The notes below the pieces were generated by a model. That model was not told the origin of the DNA. It was given only the letters and a program-made list of their open reading frames with translations, and made no database searches. A stretch of DNA of 63,274 nt, the filler included, from Rhabdomonas costata (Eukaryota), in the NCBI GenBank assembly GCA_019059605.1. It is 45 parts of 45 records of this genome, joined end to end, with 100 filler letters (N's around TTAATTAATTAA, not from the genome) between each part and the next. Parts side by side here need not be neighbours in the genome. Positions count along the whole stretch, not along the records: positions 12,675 to 13,983 come from JAHMHO010019831.1; positions 14,084 to 15,392 come from JAHMHO010019832.1; positions 15,493 to 16,801 come from JAHMHO010019833.1; positions 16,902 to 18,210 come from JAHMHO010019834.1; positions 18,311 to 19,619 come from JAHMHO010019835.1; positions 19,720 to 21,028 come from JAHMHO010019836.1; positions 21,129 to 22,437 come from JAHMHO010019837.1; positions 22,538 to 23,846 come from JAHMHO010019838.1; 37 more parts are not named here. One strand, given 5' to 3'. Of the stretch, positions 12,675 through 25,816 are shown piece after piece (position 1 is the stretch's first letter; every line of letters begins with the position of its first letter). Made by a program: the position numbers and the translations under genes.

Positions 12675-13937
12675 CAGCCTCGTACACAACAGGTCTGTTC
12701 CGAGGAAGAAGCACCTGTTTGTGTATGTGTGTGTTGAGTTGTGAGGAGAGGGGCATGAGTAATCGCTGAAATGATACCAAAAGGTGCAATTTGCCACGCT
12801 TAATTCTCCTTAACTGAGAAGATGTGTGTGGATGTGACTGTTTCACCGTGCGGTGGAAGGCTACTGGAAGGCCGCAATGGGACAGGGGCGGGGTGAAGAC
12901 CTGCACATAGAGCGGACACTTGGGATTCTCCTTCCGGATTGACAGCGCCGTCAGAATCGTCTCCGCGTCAGTCTGCATCACCAGGAGGGGATCGAACAGA
13001 GGTTAAACATCCCATGACAAGATGGGGAGAAGCACCTCCTCTCGCCACCGAAGCCAATAGCGGTGTATTTTGAGGTGAGAAGGCAAACCATCCGACGTTG
13101 CGCCCCTAACGCAGGATCAGGCAACCACTAATCGGTGAGAAGCCGCTGTCAGCATTTCTCTTGTTTCTTCTTTCCAGCTTCCTCGCGCAATGTGGGCCAA
13201 AATGCAGCAGACAATTGAAATTCTGGAGGCCATTGAGGTCTCAGTTTCTCTGCATTTGTTCCGCTAGCCCATTCACAGTCGGGGAGGATGGCTTGAGATA
13301 CGTGCTGTCAGGCTGAACGTACGGAAAGGGGAGGAGGTGGACCTGCGCCGCTATGGCGTAGGGCAGTACCCGGTTGGACAGAACAAACACGGCGCTGACG
13401 GAGCGGATCTTCGCACGGTGAAGGTCTCGCTCGTTCAGCAGCGAGCCCTGCAGGAAGCTGTGTTTGGTTGCAAATTGGGGAAACCCGAGGAAGCAGCTCT
13501 GCAGACAGACTGCAATGGCAATGCCCACACGCACGAGCGCAAGCACGCAGGCGCACTCAAACACGGAAATGCAACCCTTTGGTTGACTTAACTCCCGCAG
13601 CTTAAGACTGACTTCCCAAGCGGCCCACTGCGGAGCAAATCCACGTTGCAGGAAGCCTCCCCAACTGTTATCGTATCTTAATGAAGAACGCCAAAGGCTC
13701 AACATCGCAGAGAAAGCCAGTGGGCCCAATGAAGTCGTGGGGCCATGGTCAAAGGTCAAAGTCAGTATGGACCCGAATGTGGGGGCGGGGGTCAAACCTG
13801 GCCCGACCCTGTGTGGCAGAGGACTTCAAAAGGTTGCGGGTCTCACGGTCGGCGGGTGCCCGGCCCACCACACAGACGTCGCAGTCCGTGAAACCGTGGT
13901 TCTCGTGGAAGAACTCCAGCAGCACCGCCCTCAGGGC
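12675..13937 (-). CDS. BK/Slo-type K+ channel RCK domain fragment (exons 13937-13798, 13457-13343, 12972-12901, 12714-12675)
   Basis: LLEFFHENH, FLQGSLLNERDLHRAKI..AVFVLSN and DAETILTALSIRKENPKCPLYVQVL; three canonical GT-AG introns in frame. Confidence 0.9.
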
Positions 13938-14759
13938 CTGAAAATCCGCGATTCAGGAGAGCCACGGGTGTGTAAAACCAACANNNNNNNNNNNNNNNNN
14001 NNNNNNNNNNNNNNNNNNNNNNNNNNNTTAATTAATTAANNNNNNNNNNNNNNNNNNNNNNNNNNNNNNNNNNNNNNNNNNNNGTGTTGGGCAATGGTTA
14101 ATTTCGGAACACTCGAATCCTGACACAGACAAGCAGGACATTTGTTTTGGGTTCTGCACAAGATACATTTACAACGAAGAACACCAGCCGACTGAGTTAT
14201 AGGGACAAGGGTGTGTGAAGGGCAGGTTTCGAAGAGGGTAAGGAATGAATGTGTGGGTATAATTATTGAGGTTTCCGCCTTGTCCTTTAAGGCAGTCTCA
14301 TCAGTGTTACTGTTGTGTGGGGCAGCATGGGCCATGCGGTCGACCTGGGCTCCATGGTGATGCTGGGTTCCCATGGGCACCCCCTGAGGGTTTGGGCGTT
14401 TTTCCATTCCCTCGCACCGTCCTCTACCATCCTTAACCACCTCCTCCTTCCACATTCTTTGCCCCTTCTGCACTGAGCAGAGTGCAAACCAGCATACCAG
14501 CTGAGACAAGTTGAAGAACCATAACTGCCGCAGTGCCTGTGTGCCCATAAGCGAGTTGCCGTTGTTTCTGTTATTGTGTTGCATATCGACACAGAGGTGA
14601 CGTTGACCCTCTTTATGAGTTCACATGAATAGTATTGTGTGTCCTGGTTGATGTGTTCGTGCACCTTAATGGCGGTTACCCGGATACAGATTTGTCCACA
14701 CTTTGGCAGCAGCTCCCCTTGATATTCCCCCCATGCCTCTCTGTGTGTTGCCTTAACAG

Positions 14760-15333
14760 GTCCTGGCCAAGCAGGCTCTGGTTAAGCTGTATCAGGTCCG
14801 GGAAGACGTCCCAGTCTTCGACTGCGACGGCTCTGCGCTGGAGCCCGCCACCGACCTTGCAGCGGAGAAGCTGCAGAGTGAGCTCATGGACGGCGTCTCC
14901 GCGGACCAGCGATCCGCAGCCCAGGTCGGTGGAAGGGCCTTGTGCCAGCAGACCGAGGTCCTTTTAAAGAAGGACTCGGGGGACGGAGATGGGGTTGAAA
15001 GAAAGGTAGTAAGGCAGGGAACTGAAAGTTGTAAGAAGAAAAGTTGTCCCCAGCACGCTACCCGAGTGCTTGCGCGGAGAACCCCATAGTCAACGCTGGC
15101 GCTGCAAGGCAACATCTTTCCGTGAAAACGAAAATCAAATGCTGGCGTTTATGTTTCACTTGCCCCTGTTCCCCATAGCCTAACTCCCACCGGTCGCTTG
15201 GGGATGAGCTGAAGCTCCAGATGAGTCGGCGGCCCTCCCCAGCCCCTGCTCTTCGGCGGCTGCTGGAGTGGAACTGGGCCAATCTGGAATACGACTACGG
15301 CTCTGACTTGGACAGCCTTAGCCTTCAGCACTG
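14760..15333 (+). CDS. LSD1/LDL-like flavin amine oxidase fragment (exons 14760-14924 and 15179-15333)
   Basis: VLAKQALVKLYQVREDVPVFD and SLG...RRLLEWNWANLEY...SLSLQHW match the LSD1-family amine oxidase domain; GT-AG intron. Confidence 0.85.
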
Positions 15334-15576
15334 GTTCCCAAAACCTAACACCATTTGGCCGCACTGCTTTCCCCCTGAATTCCCACACCACANNNNNNNN
15401 NNNNNNNNNNNNNNNNNNNNNNNNNNNNNNNNNNNNTTAATTAATTAANNNNNNNNNNNNNNNNNNNNNNNNNNNNNNNNNNNNNNNNNNNNGTGTTGGG
15501 TGTGGTTGGGTTTTGGTGGACTCTTCCATTTGTGTGTGCCTCCTGCCCCCCTGTGGTATCCCTTGCGGTGTGGTAG

Positions 15577-15722
15577 AGGAGACTGCGAAGCTGGTGGCCA
15601 GCCTGGAGGACTCACCGAAGCCCCCTCCCCAGCGGATCACGATGACCCTTCCGCTGCTCTCGGGGGCCAGACACGTGATCTTCGTGGGGACGGGGGCCCA
15701 CAAGGCGGAGGCTGTGAGGAAG
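15577..15722 (+). CDS. PGLS: 6-phosphogluconolactonase exon
   Basis: DSPKPPPQRITMTLPLL..ARHVIFVGTGAHKAEAV is the family signature; AG/GT bounded. Confidence 0.9.
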
Positions 15723-18610
15723 GTTTTGGTGGGCGGGAGAGGGGTCGGGGGCATTCTTTTCTGCTTCTCCCGCCCGCGCAAGTATTATCACAAAGCAGCA
15801 TTGAGGGAGATGGGATGGAATGAAGTGTGGCACGCCCAAACAAACAAACACACAGGCAGGGGAAGCACTGTTCTCCAGCCTGCAGGCTTTCAAAGTGTGA
15901 GCACTGTCTTGCTTCACCCCCACCAGCAAGGACAATCTCTGGTGCAGTGGACGTTGGGTGTGTGTGTGTGTATGGTAACGGATACCACTCAACGTTTTCC
16001 ATAATGGAATTGAACAACCCCCCTACCCAACATTGATAAAGGGGGGAGGGGGGGCCAAAAACCTTGGTTGTTCAAAAACGTTGACTGATAATGGCCTCCG
16101 CGGCACGCCGCTGCCCGGCGGACCGCTCCGGCCGCCTCGTCGCTGGCCTTCTGGCCCATACTATGCTGTTTCACTCGTCCGCCCATATCCCATCCACAGG
16201 CTGGTCCTTAGCTTGCATCAATTTTTGACGTGCAAACCAAAAAAAACTCTTCTGCAGAACATTAACGCCCTAGATAGTCAGTTGGGTGAGTGCTGGCATC
16301 ACTTACCCAGCCTTTTGCATGACAAAGATAATTTTGATGATTTTTCTGTTACCACTGGTAACAGTTACCATCCCCCCCATCCAACGTCATTTGGGCCAAC
16401 CTCTCAACCTTTAAGCGTTGGTTTGAATGCGCAAGGGATTTGGCCCGTTTGGACAATCAGTGAAAGACCTTCACGTATACAAGTCGTAAACCCGTTATGC
16501 CCGCACTTTCGAACGTAGCCTCCCTGTATTCTTCAACACCCAACACCCGCACACCGATACCTTTTGGTTGAGCCCGGCCCCTTCTGGGAAAGCGCGCTGG
16601 TTTTCCAAGTGAGTTTTCCAATGATACAGGGCAATAAGCAAGATGAATCTGCATCGTGAGCAACTGTCAAGTCATTCAGAACCTTCACGACCATCATATG
16701 GTTGTAGATACGGAAAAATTTGTTTCCTTCCCCAAACCATACGCTGCCAGGGCCAACTATTCTCCCATCCGCCCACCACAACCCCCAAACACACCCACCA
16801 CNNNNNNNNNNNNNNNNNNNNNNNNNNNNNNNNNNNNNNNNNNNNTTAATTAATTAANNNNNNNNNNNNNNNNNNNNNNNNNNNNNNNNNNNNNNNNNNN
16901 NGGGTTGGTGTGCTGCAAAAAGGGCGCGCTTGAGGAAGAGGGTACTGCACCTGCCCTCCTCTTGTCCACTGACGGTGTGGGTAGGTGGTGGCCTGGGGCA
17001 CCCGATGCGGTGGTGGCCCTCGGGGCGGGGGGAAGGGACCACGGCCCCATGGCCTGCGCTGGCCCCCCTGACCACCCGGAAAGCCTACAAACACAAACAG
17101 AAGGAAGAGGGGTGAGGCAACTCACAAGTCATCTTGCAGCTCGCCTGATCTTATAATCCTTCCGCAACTCACGCAAGGAAAATAGCACCGTCATCAACTG
17201 GTTCTCTAACGCCGTATTTGTATTTGCAATCGCTGCAATTACATTCTGGAGAGTCAGAACAATCCAATTGCTTTGAATCACGGCGAGTCGGGTCATGAGA
17301 TATGTTTGTTGGATATCAGGACTGTCGAGTAAACCAATCAGTTGGCGATTCTTACGATGGACACGTGGATACGTACCGAATCTTGCCGCTCTTTGATTCC
17401 TGAAATACGCGCAAACTCCGATGTACAGGTGTTCGGCAAGCAACCAGAAAGAGAACCACCCAAGGGAACGGGAATGCGTACGGAACGCTCCGCTGAATCA
17501 AAGCGTTTCCGGCGATCTGCCCAACAAGAGGCAGGCGGGGAGGGAAAGCGGATGCACTGCAGCCTTGTGGGGGCACACCTCTGTGAGCGACAGGTGGCCT
17601 GTGAGGGGTAAAGCTGCAAACTTGGCTGGGCAGCACAGGCTCGCACTTCGAACAGACGTAGCGGGAGTGCACAAGCCTCACTGGGATTTCGTGCACGGAG
17701 CAGAAGCACCGAGGCGCGGCGGACGCAGCGGGACGATTCACTGTGATAGACACAGAGACCTCCGATTTGCATGTGGATGATGTGCCACCAGCTCATTGCT
17801 CCATGACCTGCACTAATTTCAAGAAGACTTTGCACCCCCCATATGTCTTGCCCAGTCCTCACAACGATGGGGACCTTTTGGCCCTATGAGGCGAAGAGAC
17901 CCACTGCGGCTGGAATGAAAATAACACAATACATCAGCTGGACCGCATCTGACAGCGTAGCGACGCTTTGATCATACCGAACCCGTTTCTGCAAGTATCT
18001 CAATTCAGGTCGCACTGACAACAACAATAAAAAGACAAGGTCAGAACGAGAGAAGACCTAAAGTCCGACGGTGTGTGGTTCTGCGTTGTTTCTGGGTGCA
18101 TTAACACGACCTTACCGACAGGTAAGTGCTAAGAGAGTTGCAAGCCGTATGACCTGTGGGCTGCGAAGTGGCAGATTCACTCTGAGGCTGCTGGGGTAGA
18201 ACCCAACCCCNNNNNNNNNNNNNNNNNNNNNNNNNNNNNNNNNNNNNNNNNNNNTTAATTAATTAANNNNNNNNNNNNNNNNNNNNNNNNNNNNNNNNNN
18301 NNNNNNNNNNGGTGGTTTGTGAGCTAGTGCAGCAGGTTGATCAATATTGTTTGCGTGGTGCTTTGCCTGGGGATGCGTGGAAGGAAGAAATTCTTGTGAG
18401 GGTCACAGTAAGGTGAAAACCCCAGAGTCCCTGGTGGGAGCGGGAGTGAGAATGGAGCGAAGGTGAACTGTTAGGATGGGAAAAGGAGGCCGTGAACCCG
18501 AGGCGGGGGGTTGAGGTTTGCTGCATGCTGAGGTTTGCTGTTGCGCATTTTATGTCTGTCGGTGTACTCATATTAGCGTGTAGGAGAACTGGTTCGTGTG
18601 TGGTGAAAAG

Positions 18611-19343
18611 GTCGGGGTGGACATCCTGGTGGATCTCACGGGTCACACCTCGGGCAACCGCCTGGACGTCTTTGCGCGCAAGCCCGCGCCGGTTCAGGTG
18701 ACTTGGATCGGTTACCCCAACACTACTGGGCTGCCGTCTGTCGACTACCGCTTCACGGACTCCGTGGTAACCCAACCCTGCTCCTCCCAAGAAGCCTCCA
18801 TGGCACCCCTTAATTTTTACCTGCTCGTGCATTCGCCTGTTTTGTGATTGGGTCAGGGTCAGATTGGACGTGTTGGTTTTTGCACAGTGATAAATGAAGG
18901 CGTTCTTTTTTCACGTACTCACACAACCTGTTCCGCGACAAACGCATTAGCTTCTCCTTCTATGTTTGGGGCAGAAGAAAAAGTCTGTGTGCGTGCTTGT
19001 TTGTTGGAGACAAGTTCATGAAGGGCTTGCTATTATCTCTGGGACGAAAAGTCTACATGTTTCGACAGGCCGCTGACTGGACTGGTGCCACAGCACTCTG
19101 TAAAGGTTGCAGAGTGCAGAAGAGTTAAAGCAGAAACTGTCGGGTTTGAGGTATTACCAGGGTCTCACAAGAACAGGGATCTGGTGCGGAGCCTAATGAC
19201 TTTCTTTGGTCATGGCGATGGGGGTCTTGGGGGGACAGGCTGACCCCGTTGACCGCACCCCCGCAGAGCACTACTCGGAGCGGCTGGTACGGCTTGATCC
19301 ATGCTTCCTGTGCTACAACCCAGACACCCCTGCATTCTACGAG
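18611..19343 (+). CDS. SPY: SPINDLY-type O-fucosyltransferase / OGT-family catalytic domain fragment (exons about 18611-18766 and 19239 to about 19343)
   Basis: [48 protein letters not shown] and ADP...[19 protein letters not shown] intron 18767-19238. Confidence 0.92.
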
Positions 19344-19719
19344 GCCCGCGCCCATCCCAAAGGTGTTTACACCTTTGCTGAGTTGACCACGTGCCACTTT
19401 TGAAGGAGTTCGTGTTGCGAGACCGAAGCTTATGCTGTTGGCAACGACATCCCAAACGGCGGGAACAGCATTGGAACCTGACAGAAACATTCGACCTCTC
19501 ACTCGAAGGGACCCGAAGGGAACCAGGATGCTGTGATTTGGGGTCATGCAGGGGCCAGGTGTACGAAGCAGGGAAGGGAGCATACGTCGTCCTCCCCTCC
19601 CCACCCCACCTATTCCCTCNNNNNNNNNNNNNNNNNNNNNNNNNNNNNNNNNNNNNNNNNNNNTTAATTAATTAANNNNNNNNNNNNNNNNNNNNNNNNN
19701 NNNNNNNNNNNNNNNNNNN

Positions 19720-20859
19720 TGCTGCCCGCCGCCCGCGCGACAGGGGTTGAAAGGTGCGGGGTTGGGTTGCCATACGTGAGCCGCTCGGTAGCCTGTGGGG
19801 CAGACAGCCACGCCACTGGGGCTGAGGTCTGCAGACACGAGGAGAGCGACTCGACCCACACGCCCTTTTTTCTACACACTCGAGTTGCCACATTTTAAAC
19901 TTCTCCATTTTTATATAATTGAATTCACAAGTGCAAAAGTCAACGGAAAAAGAGGAAGGATCCTGCCAAGATGCGAGCAAAGACCAAACGTAACATACAA
20001 ACACCAACAAGAGGCACCCACTACAACACAAAATTACGCTCACCAATGATCACGCTGGAAAACCCTTGGTTGTGGGTGAAGAACATGGACTTTTCCGTGA
20101 AGCCCTGGTCCACAATGTTGGAGAGGTCCCCTCCCCAGTGACTCGACGCTGCACAAAGTAAAGACGAGGAAGTAAAGAGGAGGACTGCATTGTTCAAGAG
20201 TTTCCGAGTTTACAATCTAGGATCACGTAACGAAGAATCTGTCCCAAAAAGCAAAAAAAAAAAGCAAAAAAATGATGTTTCGCATTTACTTCATCCCTTC
20301 ACAGAACACCTTCATTACCCTAATTTTATATGTTCCGAAAACCACCGCACCCTAACCCACCCAACCGAAGCAATGCAGAAACACTCTGCCACGGCACTGT
20401 GCTGTACCCTGACCAGGGTCAAAGTGAAAAGATTTGACTTGTGACGCTAGTGCATTTATGCCCCCCCCCCCTCTGCAGGGTGGGTCCACCCTGTCTGGGC
20501 TGTGATTTAGCGCTATTATCGGCCCCTTCAGGAGAGTGCATGGGGTCAGGAGGTAATGTACGGGTCCTGCTTCAGGCTTCCTCTTTTCACCGCGCCCCTG
20601 CTTTTCAGGATGCCATAGATTGTGAAGATGGCTTCTTCCCAACAGCCCTTTACAAGGCTCTACACCGAGGTCACGAGTGTCTTGTGCTGACTCACAGAAT
20701 TCACCCCAAGTCACCAGTGAAGCTATCATGACAAGGGTAGGTATTGGAGACTTGGCATACCCTGCAGCTGCACTAGGCCCAGCTTGAGGGGGTTGTGCCA
20801 GGGCTGAGTGCCCTGCTTTGTGCCCAACCAGTGCAGCACCCCTCCGGTGGAGGTGTCCC
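19720..20859 (-). CDS. Discoidin/F5-8-like domain fragment as in HECTD1 and BTB proteins (exons 20859-20761, 20148-20044, and 19828 toward 19720)
   Basis: GVLHWLGTKQGTQPWHNP..GLV, then SVIIDL....VCPTGYRAAH; two phase-1 GT-AG introns keep the frame. Confidence 0.75.
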
Positions 20860-21287
20860 CTGAGCAAGTCCGAACCAGAACCCAGCAGCGGATCACGTAA
20901 GAGGAAAACAACATAAATCGAGCATTCAAAAAGAACTGAAAAAAGCCCCATGCCAAAAAATCGTCATGGTACCAACACATAAAGCATCTGAAAACATGAA
21001 GGGGAGGGGTTCACCCACACACCACCCCNNNNNNNNNNNNNNNNNNNNNNNNNNNNNNNNNNNNNNNNNNNNTTAATTAATTAANNNNNNNNNNNNNNNN
21101 NNNNNNNNNNNNNNNNNNNNNNNNNNNNGTGTTGGGGTGTGTTTGGTGTGTTGGGTGGTGCCTTGCGATGTTCGAACTGCTTTCGAAAACGTTTCGAAAA
21201 CTTCAAAGTGGGGTGACCTTTCAGAGACATTAGAATATCGGAGTGTGAAAACTCACTGTTTTCGATGTGGCCGCGCGGTGTTCTCAG

Positions 21288-22076
21288 ATCCTGTCCACCT
21301 TGGATGACGAGCTCTACCCTGCAGAAAGCGTGCAGGAATACTTGGAGCTGCTGGGTATGCTCGCCCCCGCCCCCCTTGTCTCTCTGTTGCGTCACATGGA
21401 TCTTATACTTCCCCCGTCTTCTTATCTTGATGTTGTTATCTCGTTATGGTCTACCGCGACTCGCCCTATGTCTGGATCGATGCTGTCCTCTCCCAGGATT
21501 CCCTCTCAGCTAAGCACTGTAGTACTCCTGGGGCTCGTCGCTGCAACGCAAATGCTTGCATCTCCGTATTACCAATTAATAAAAATGGTTACAGATGGCC
21601 GATCTCGACGCAGTTGAGGTGAAACGTGTGTTTACCGTGGGTGCTCTGATGGTTGGGAGTGGTAACGGTTACCACTGGTAACCATATTTCTGGGAGAGTA
21701 TTTTAGAAATTTCGTTAAAGGCCTCGTTTCCACCTCCACTCTAGCCGCGCCACGTCCAAATTTATCAACCAAATTTATCCTACTGGTCCGTCCATATTCC
21801 ATCCCTTGACAAGTCTTTAGCCAGCAGTAATTTGAGCTACGGAGCAAAAACACTCATGTAGGGAGAACGCGAAAGGTTACTTAACCCTTTGCACTACAAT
21901 AAATTCAATTCAAGGACCCGCTGGTAACCATTACGAGTGGAACCATTACCCACCCACCCCAACTTGCATTGAGTCATACGTTGTTGTGGGACCCTTCACG
22001 CGCAGGGGTTGTTGGGGACGTTCTCAAAGAGTACCAGACTGTGGAGCAGTTCTTGCTCTCCCTTGGAGGAGCCTGA
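21288..22076 (+). CDS. C-terminus of a hypothetical protein (exons 21288-21354 and 22006-22076)
   Basis: A phase-1 GT-AG intron gives ILSTLDDELYPAESVQEYLELLGVVGDVLKEYQTVEQFLLSLGGA*. Confidence 0.6.
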
Positions 22077-22537
22077 GATTTGACGGATGGATGGGCGCTG
22101 CCACACGGCGGAACTCTGCCCCGTCCCCCCTTCAACTTTTGAGCTCTTTTCTTCGTTCTTATATCTCTGCACACACTGCGACACCTCTGCCATTTTTACG
22201 ACGTTTTTTTTGGATGACCTGCCTTGCTCGTTTTCGTGACTTTTCAATGACTGCAGTGCATGTGGGGCAGGACCGAGGACCGGGTGCGTCCTCGGGTGCT
22301 ACGCACAAAGGGGAATCAGGGTGTATAGAATCAATTCAGTTTAATGCGGTCAATCTGTTGGGTATTGCGTTCGGAAGTGTTCGGACACCGCACACTCCAT
22401 ACCAAGGACTTTTTGCAGCCTGTTGCGCGGGACCTCCNNNNNNNNNNNNNNNNNNNNNNNNNNNNNNNNNNNNNNNNNNNNTTAATTAATTAANNNNNNN
22501 NNNNNNNNNNNNNNNNNNNNNNNNNNNNNNNNNNNNN

Positions 22538-23176
22538 GGTTTTGGGGGCATTCCTCTGTGTGCTGCGGGACGGCCGAAGCTGGGGCCTGCAGCGCAGAAC
22601 ATCGCCGTGCTGGTGGTGGACGATGTCGGTCTGAGGTACTTCCCGTCTCCCTCTTTCTGGGAGCTTCTGGTTGTGTCGTTTTTCTGCTCAGGGTTGTTAA
22701 TTGGTGGCTTTTGGGGCCTGGGATGTTTTGGAAGGAATTCTGTCACTGTGTGGTCAGCTATTAACCACCGCGTGATCTCGCTGAAGCTGGTGCAAATGGG
22801 TCTCACCAACGTGCAGGCCGTGAGCAGCGGGGCGGAAGCCCTGCGGCCACCCATCGGCAACCACTGCTGCAGGCAATGTTTTTCCTTCCGCTGTCTGGGT
22901 GCGATTTGAAAAAAGATGATGATGCCGGAGATGTCGGGCCTGGAGGCCACCCGCCTGCTCAAGGAGGACCCCCGGTACAGCTCCGTGCCTGTGGTCGGCA
23001 TCACGGGGAACTGCGACGCCGAGGGCACGCGAATGTGCCTGGAGGCCGGGATGGTGGCCGTGCTGGGGAAGCCGATCGACACCCTGAGGGTGTTCCAGCT
23101 ACTGCAGAGGCTGCTGGAATCCACGCCCACCGGGCCGCCATCTGGGAACCGCGATACGCTCGAGCAGACCCCTTAA
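22538..23176 (+). CDS. C-terminal response-regulator receiver domain (hybrid histidine kinase style); exons ending 22628, 22758 to about 22845, and 22916-23176
   Basis: VLVVDDV|AINHRVI..L..MG...SSGAEAL and MMPEMSGLEATRLL...VPVVGITGN...CLEAGM..LGKP. The segment with the phospho-accepting Asp was not found. Confidence 0.88.
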
Positions 23177-25816
23177 TTCGAAGTTAGACGTGGAGAATTA
23201 TGGTCATTTGTAGATGTGTGGTTCAGTCAATGGCCATCCCATCAGGTTGCCCCGCGAAAATGAATCCTTTGGCGTTCTTTTCAGTTGTCTTGCTTAGCGT
23301 TGTGGTTGGGGTCCAATCCCCCCACATGAGGTGCTTGCAGACCCTTCAGCACTCATTTTATACGAGCATCCTTCCATCCAAACGTCACATGTGCAGTCAG
23401 CGAGGAGGAGTTAGGCTTCGTAGTCACAGGTGCTTTGCTCCCAAGCGGGTTATGCACTCTTTTTCATTTTTTTGCTTTATAGAATACCTCTCTTTGCTTT
23501 GTTGTCGTGAAGGCTGTTTCTGTGCTACCGTGTGTTGCCGTGTAGCTGGCCCACCAGTGCTGAGCTTCTGCTCAACACTTCCGCGGATTTTGCGGATTCT
23601 TTACGGATTTCTTCCTTCACTGACTCAGTTGCTTTCATTCCATTTCTTGTGCTTTCCCGCACCACCTCTGCAAACATTGCAAGACAACCATGGCCCGTAT
23701 TTCATTTTGACTTTTTGTGGAGACGCGGTTTTGGACTGATTGGTTTCTCTGGGCCGCCGAAAACTTATGAGCGCTCAACCGCAATCAGCAGCCGCGGCCG
23801 GTGCTTCGGTTCTGTGAGTGCATATTTTCTAGTCCACCAACACAACNNNNNNNNNNNNNNNNNNNNNNNNNNNNNNNNNNNNNNNNNNNNTTAATTAATT
23901 AANNNNNNNNNNNNNNNNNNNNNNNNNNNNNNNNNNNNNNNNNNNNGGGGCCAATAAAAAAGAAAGTGGCTGCAGACCCTAAAGAGCAGAGGGAAAACTG
24001 GGGGGCCAATAAAAAAGAAAGTGGCTGCAGACCCTAAACTAGATGCCTTTTTGTTGCTCGCAAGGAGGTACTTATGGCACTGCTCCCTTCCTTAAACGCA
24101 ACTCTGAAAATATGCGAGGGCCTGACCATTGGACATTGCATTGTTTGCGATGGGGGGGGGGAGTCCATTGCTCGATCCATTTGTGGATCACTACCCTGGC
24201 ACGGCAATTCTACCCGTTTGAGCGGTTACATTAGGTGAGGTGAGGCCGGTCTGAACCTCACAGTGTCATGGTACCTCTGTAGATCCAAGAATTTGAGGGG
24301 CAAAGGGGCGCAGAAAGAAAATATTAAAACTCATACTTCAATCTGTTTCTGCACCTATGAAAATATCGCGATCCTCAAAGCTCTACACGACACATGAACA
24401 GGGTTCCAGATCCAGATTCCAAAATTCGGGAGAAGATGCAAGATGACAGAGAGCATATGCAGCATCTCGGTGTGAACACACAGCCACCGAAAAGTTCCCA
24501 GAAAAAGAGAACGTGATTGATCAAAAACACCCGTGGCGCGGTTAGAACCTCTGCCGGTCAGCCGCCTGACTCTGCGCGAGGGGCTCGAACAGGACACCCT
24601 GCTTGGCCGCTCGGTGCATTTGCTTGTTGTATAGGGACTTGTAGAAGTGATATTCGTGGGTCGAAGCTGCGACATAGGAAGCCAAACCCCATGCCCACTG
24701 CGAGTCCTATTATTTGTCTGGGCCTGTCTACATTTCGGAAAACGGCACGAGAACATACAGCAAAAAAGCAGCAACCACTGCTCCCCACCTTTCAAGGTAT
24801 GCACGATTTTGCCTTAACCCATGAGGTCTCCACAAAAAAATTCGTCTGATGGCTGACGGATACCATCGGTCAGGATTCACCCAATTCTGCTTAATCTTGG
24901 AGGGAGAGTGGAGGTAGATGCATTGCGTTAAGGTCATACGTTGCCCAGCAGTGGTCTTGAGCTCGCCCGGATCCAGAAGGATGTCCTTGTAAGCAGCTGC
25001 AGCAAGAAACCCAACTCGCTCCCATTTAAATGAACCAGGAAGCAAACTATTCACTTTTTTTCCGCCACTTCCTTCACGCACTTCTTTTTTGCCTTTAAAC
25101 TGGTTTCGGATCAATTTCCATTTCCCATTTCAAACGCAGCGTACGTTACTGCGGACTAAAATGCCACCGTGGCGTTCGCGCAGTGAAGTGCAGACGAGGG
25201 ATACCTCCGAGTTCGACGGAAATAACTTCACAGGGAAGCATGATACCCAAACAAANNNNNNNNNNNNNNNNNNNNNNNNNNNNNNNNNNNNNNNNNNNNT
25301 TAATTAATTAANNNNNNNNNNNNNNNNNNNNNNNNNNNNNNNNNNNNNNNNNNNNTTTTGGGGGTGCAATGACAAAATAATCAAAAACAACACAAAGTCA
25401 TCACCTCGCATAGCTCATATCCATATGGAGAGGGGAAGGTGAATAATCCACAATCGGAAATTAACCGGAACCAGCTGAGTATAACTTTTCAGGTGAGTTC
25501 GATAGTAACTATAGTGGTTCAATAATAATTTTTGTATTAGTTGAAATAGTGGGGGGGGGGGCGCCTAGCCTACTGCACATAGCCCTCCCCTCCCCTCTAT
25601 CTGTCACACACACACACACACACGCTTCAACCAGGCAACAGCCAGCGCGCAATGCGCCCAACACACACACGCACACGCTCCGAAGGTACCTCTCGCAAGC
25701 ACCCGTGGCCAGCAGCGGGTGCGCCCGTCAGTCCACAGCGGTCAATATAATAAATAGCAATAGTCAATCAGGCAACAGCCAGCGCGCCCAACACACGCGC
25801 ACACACATGCGCCCAG

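Noticed and set aside
22845-22905. Euglenid non-conventional stem-loop intron
   Set aside because: The stem is short and removing it does not restore the receiver frame. I found no convincing non-conventional intron anywhere in the window.
23947-24038. 37-nt direct repeat at the contig start
   Set aside because: There are only two copies and the location is terminal, which fits amplification template switching rather than CRISPR.
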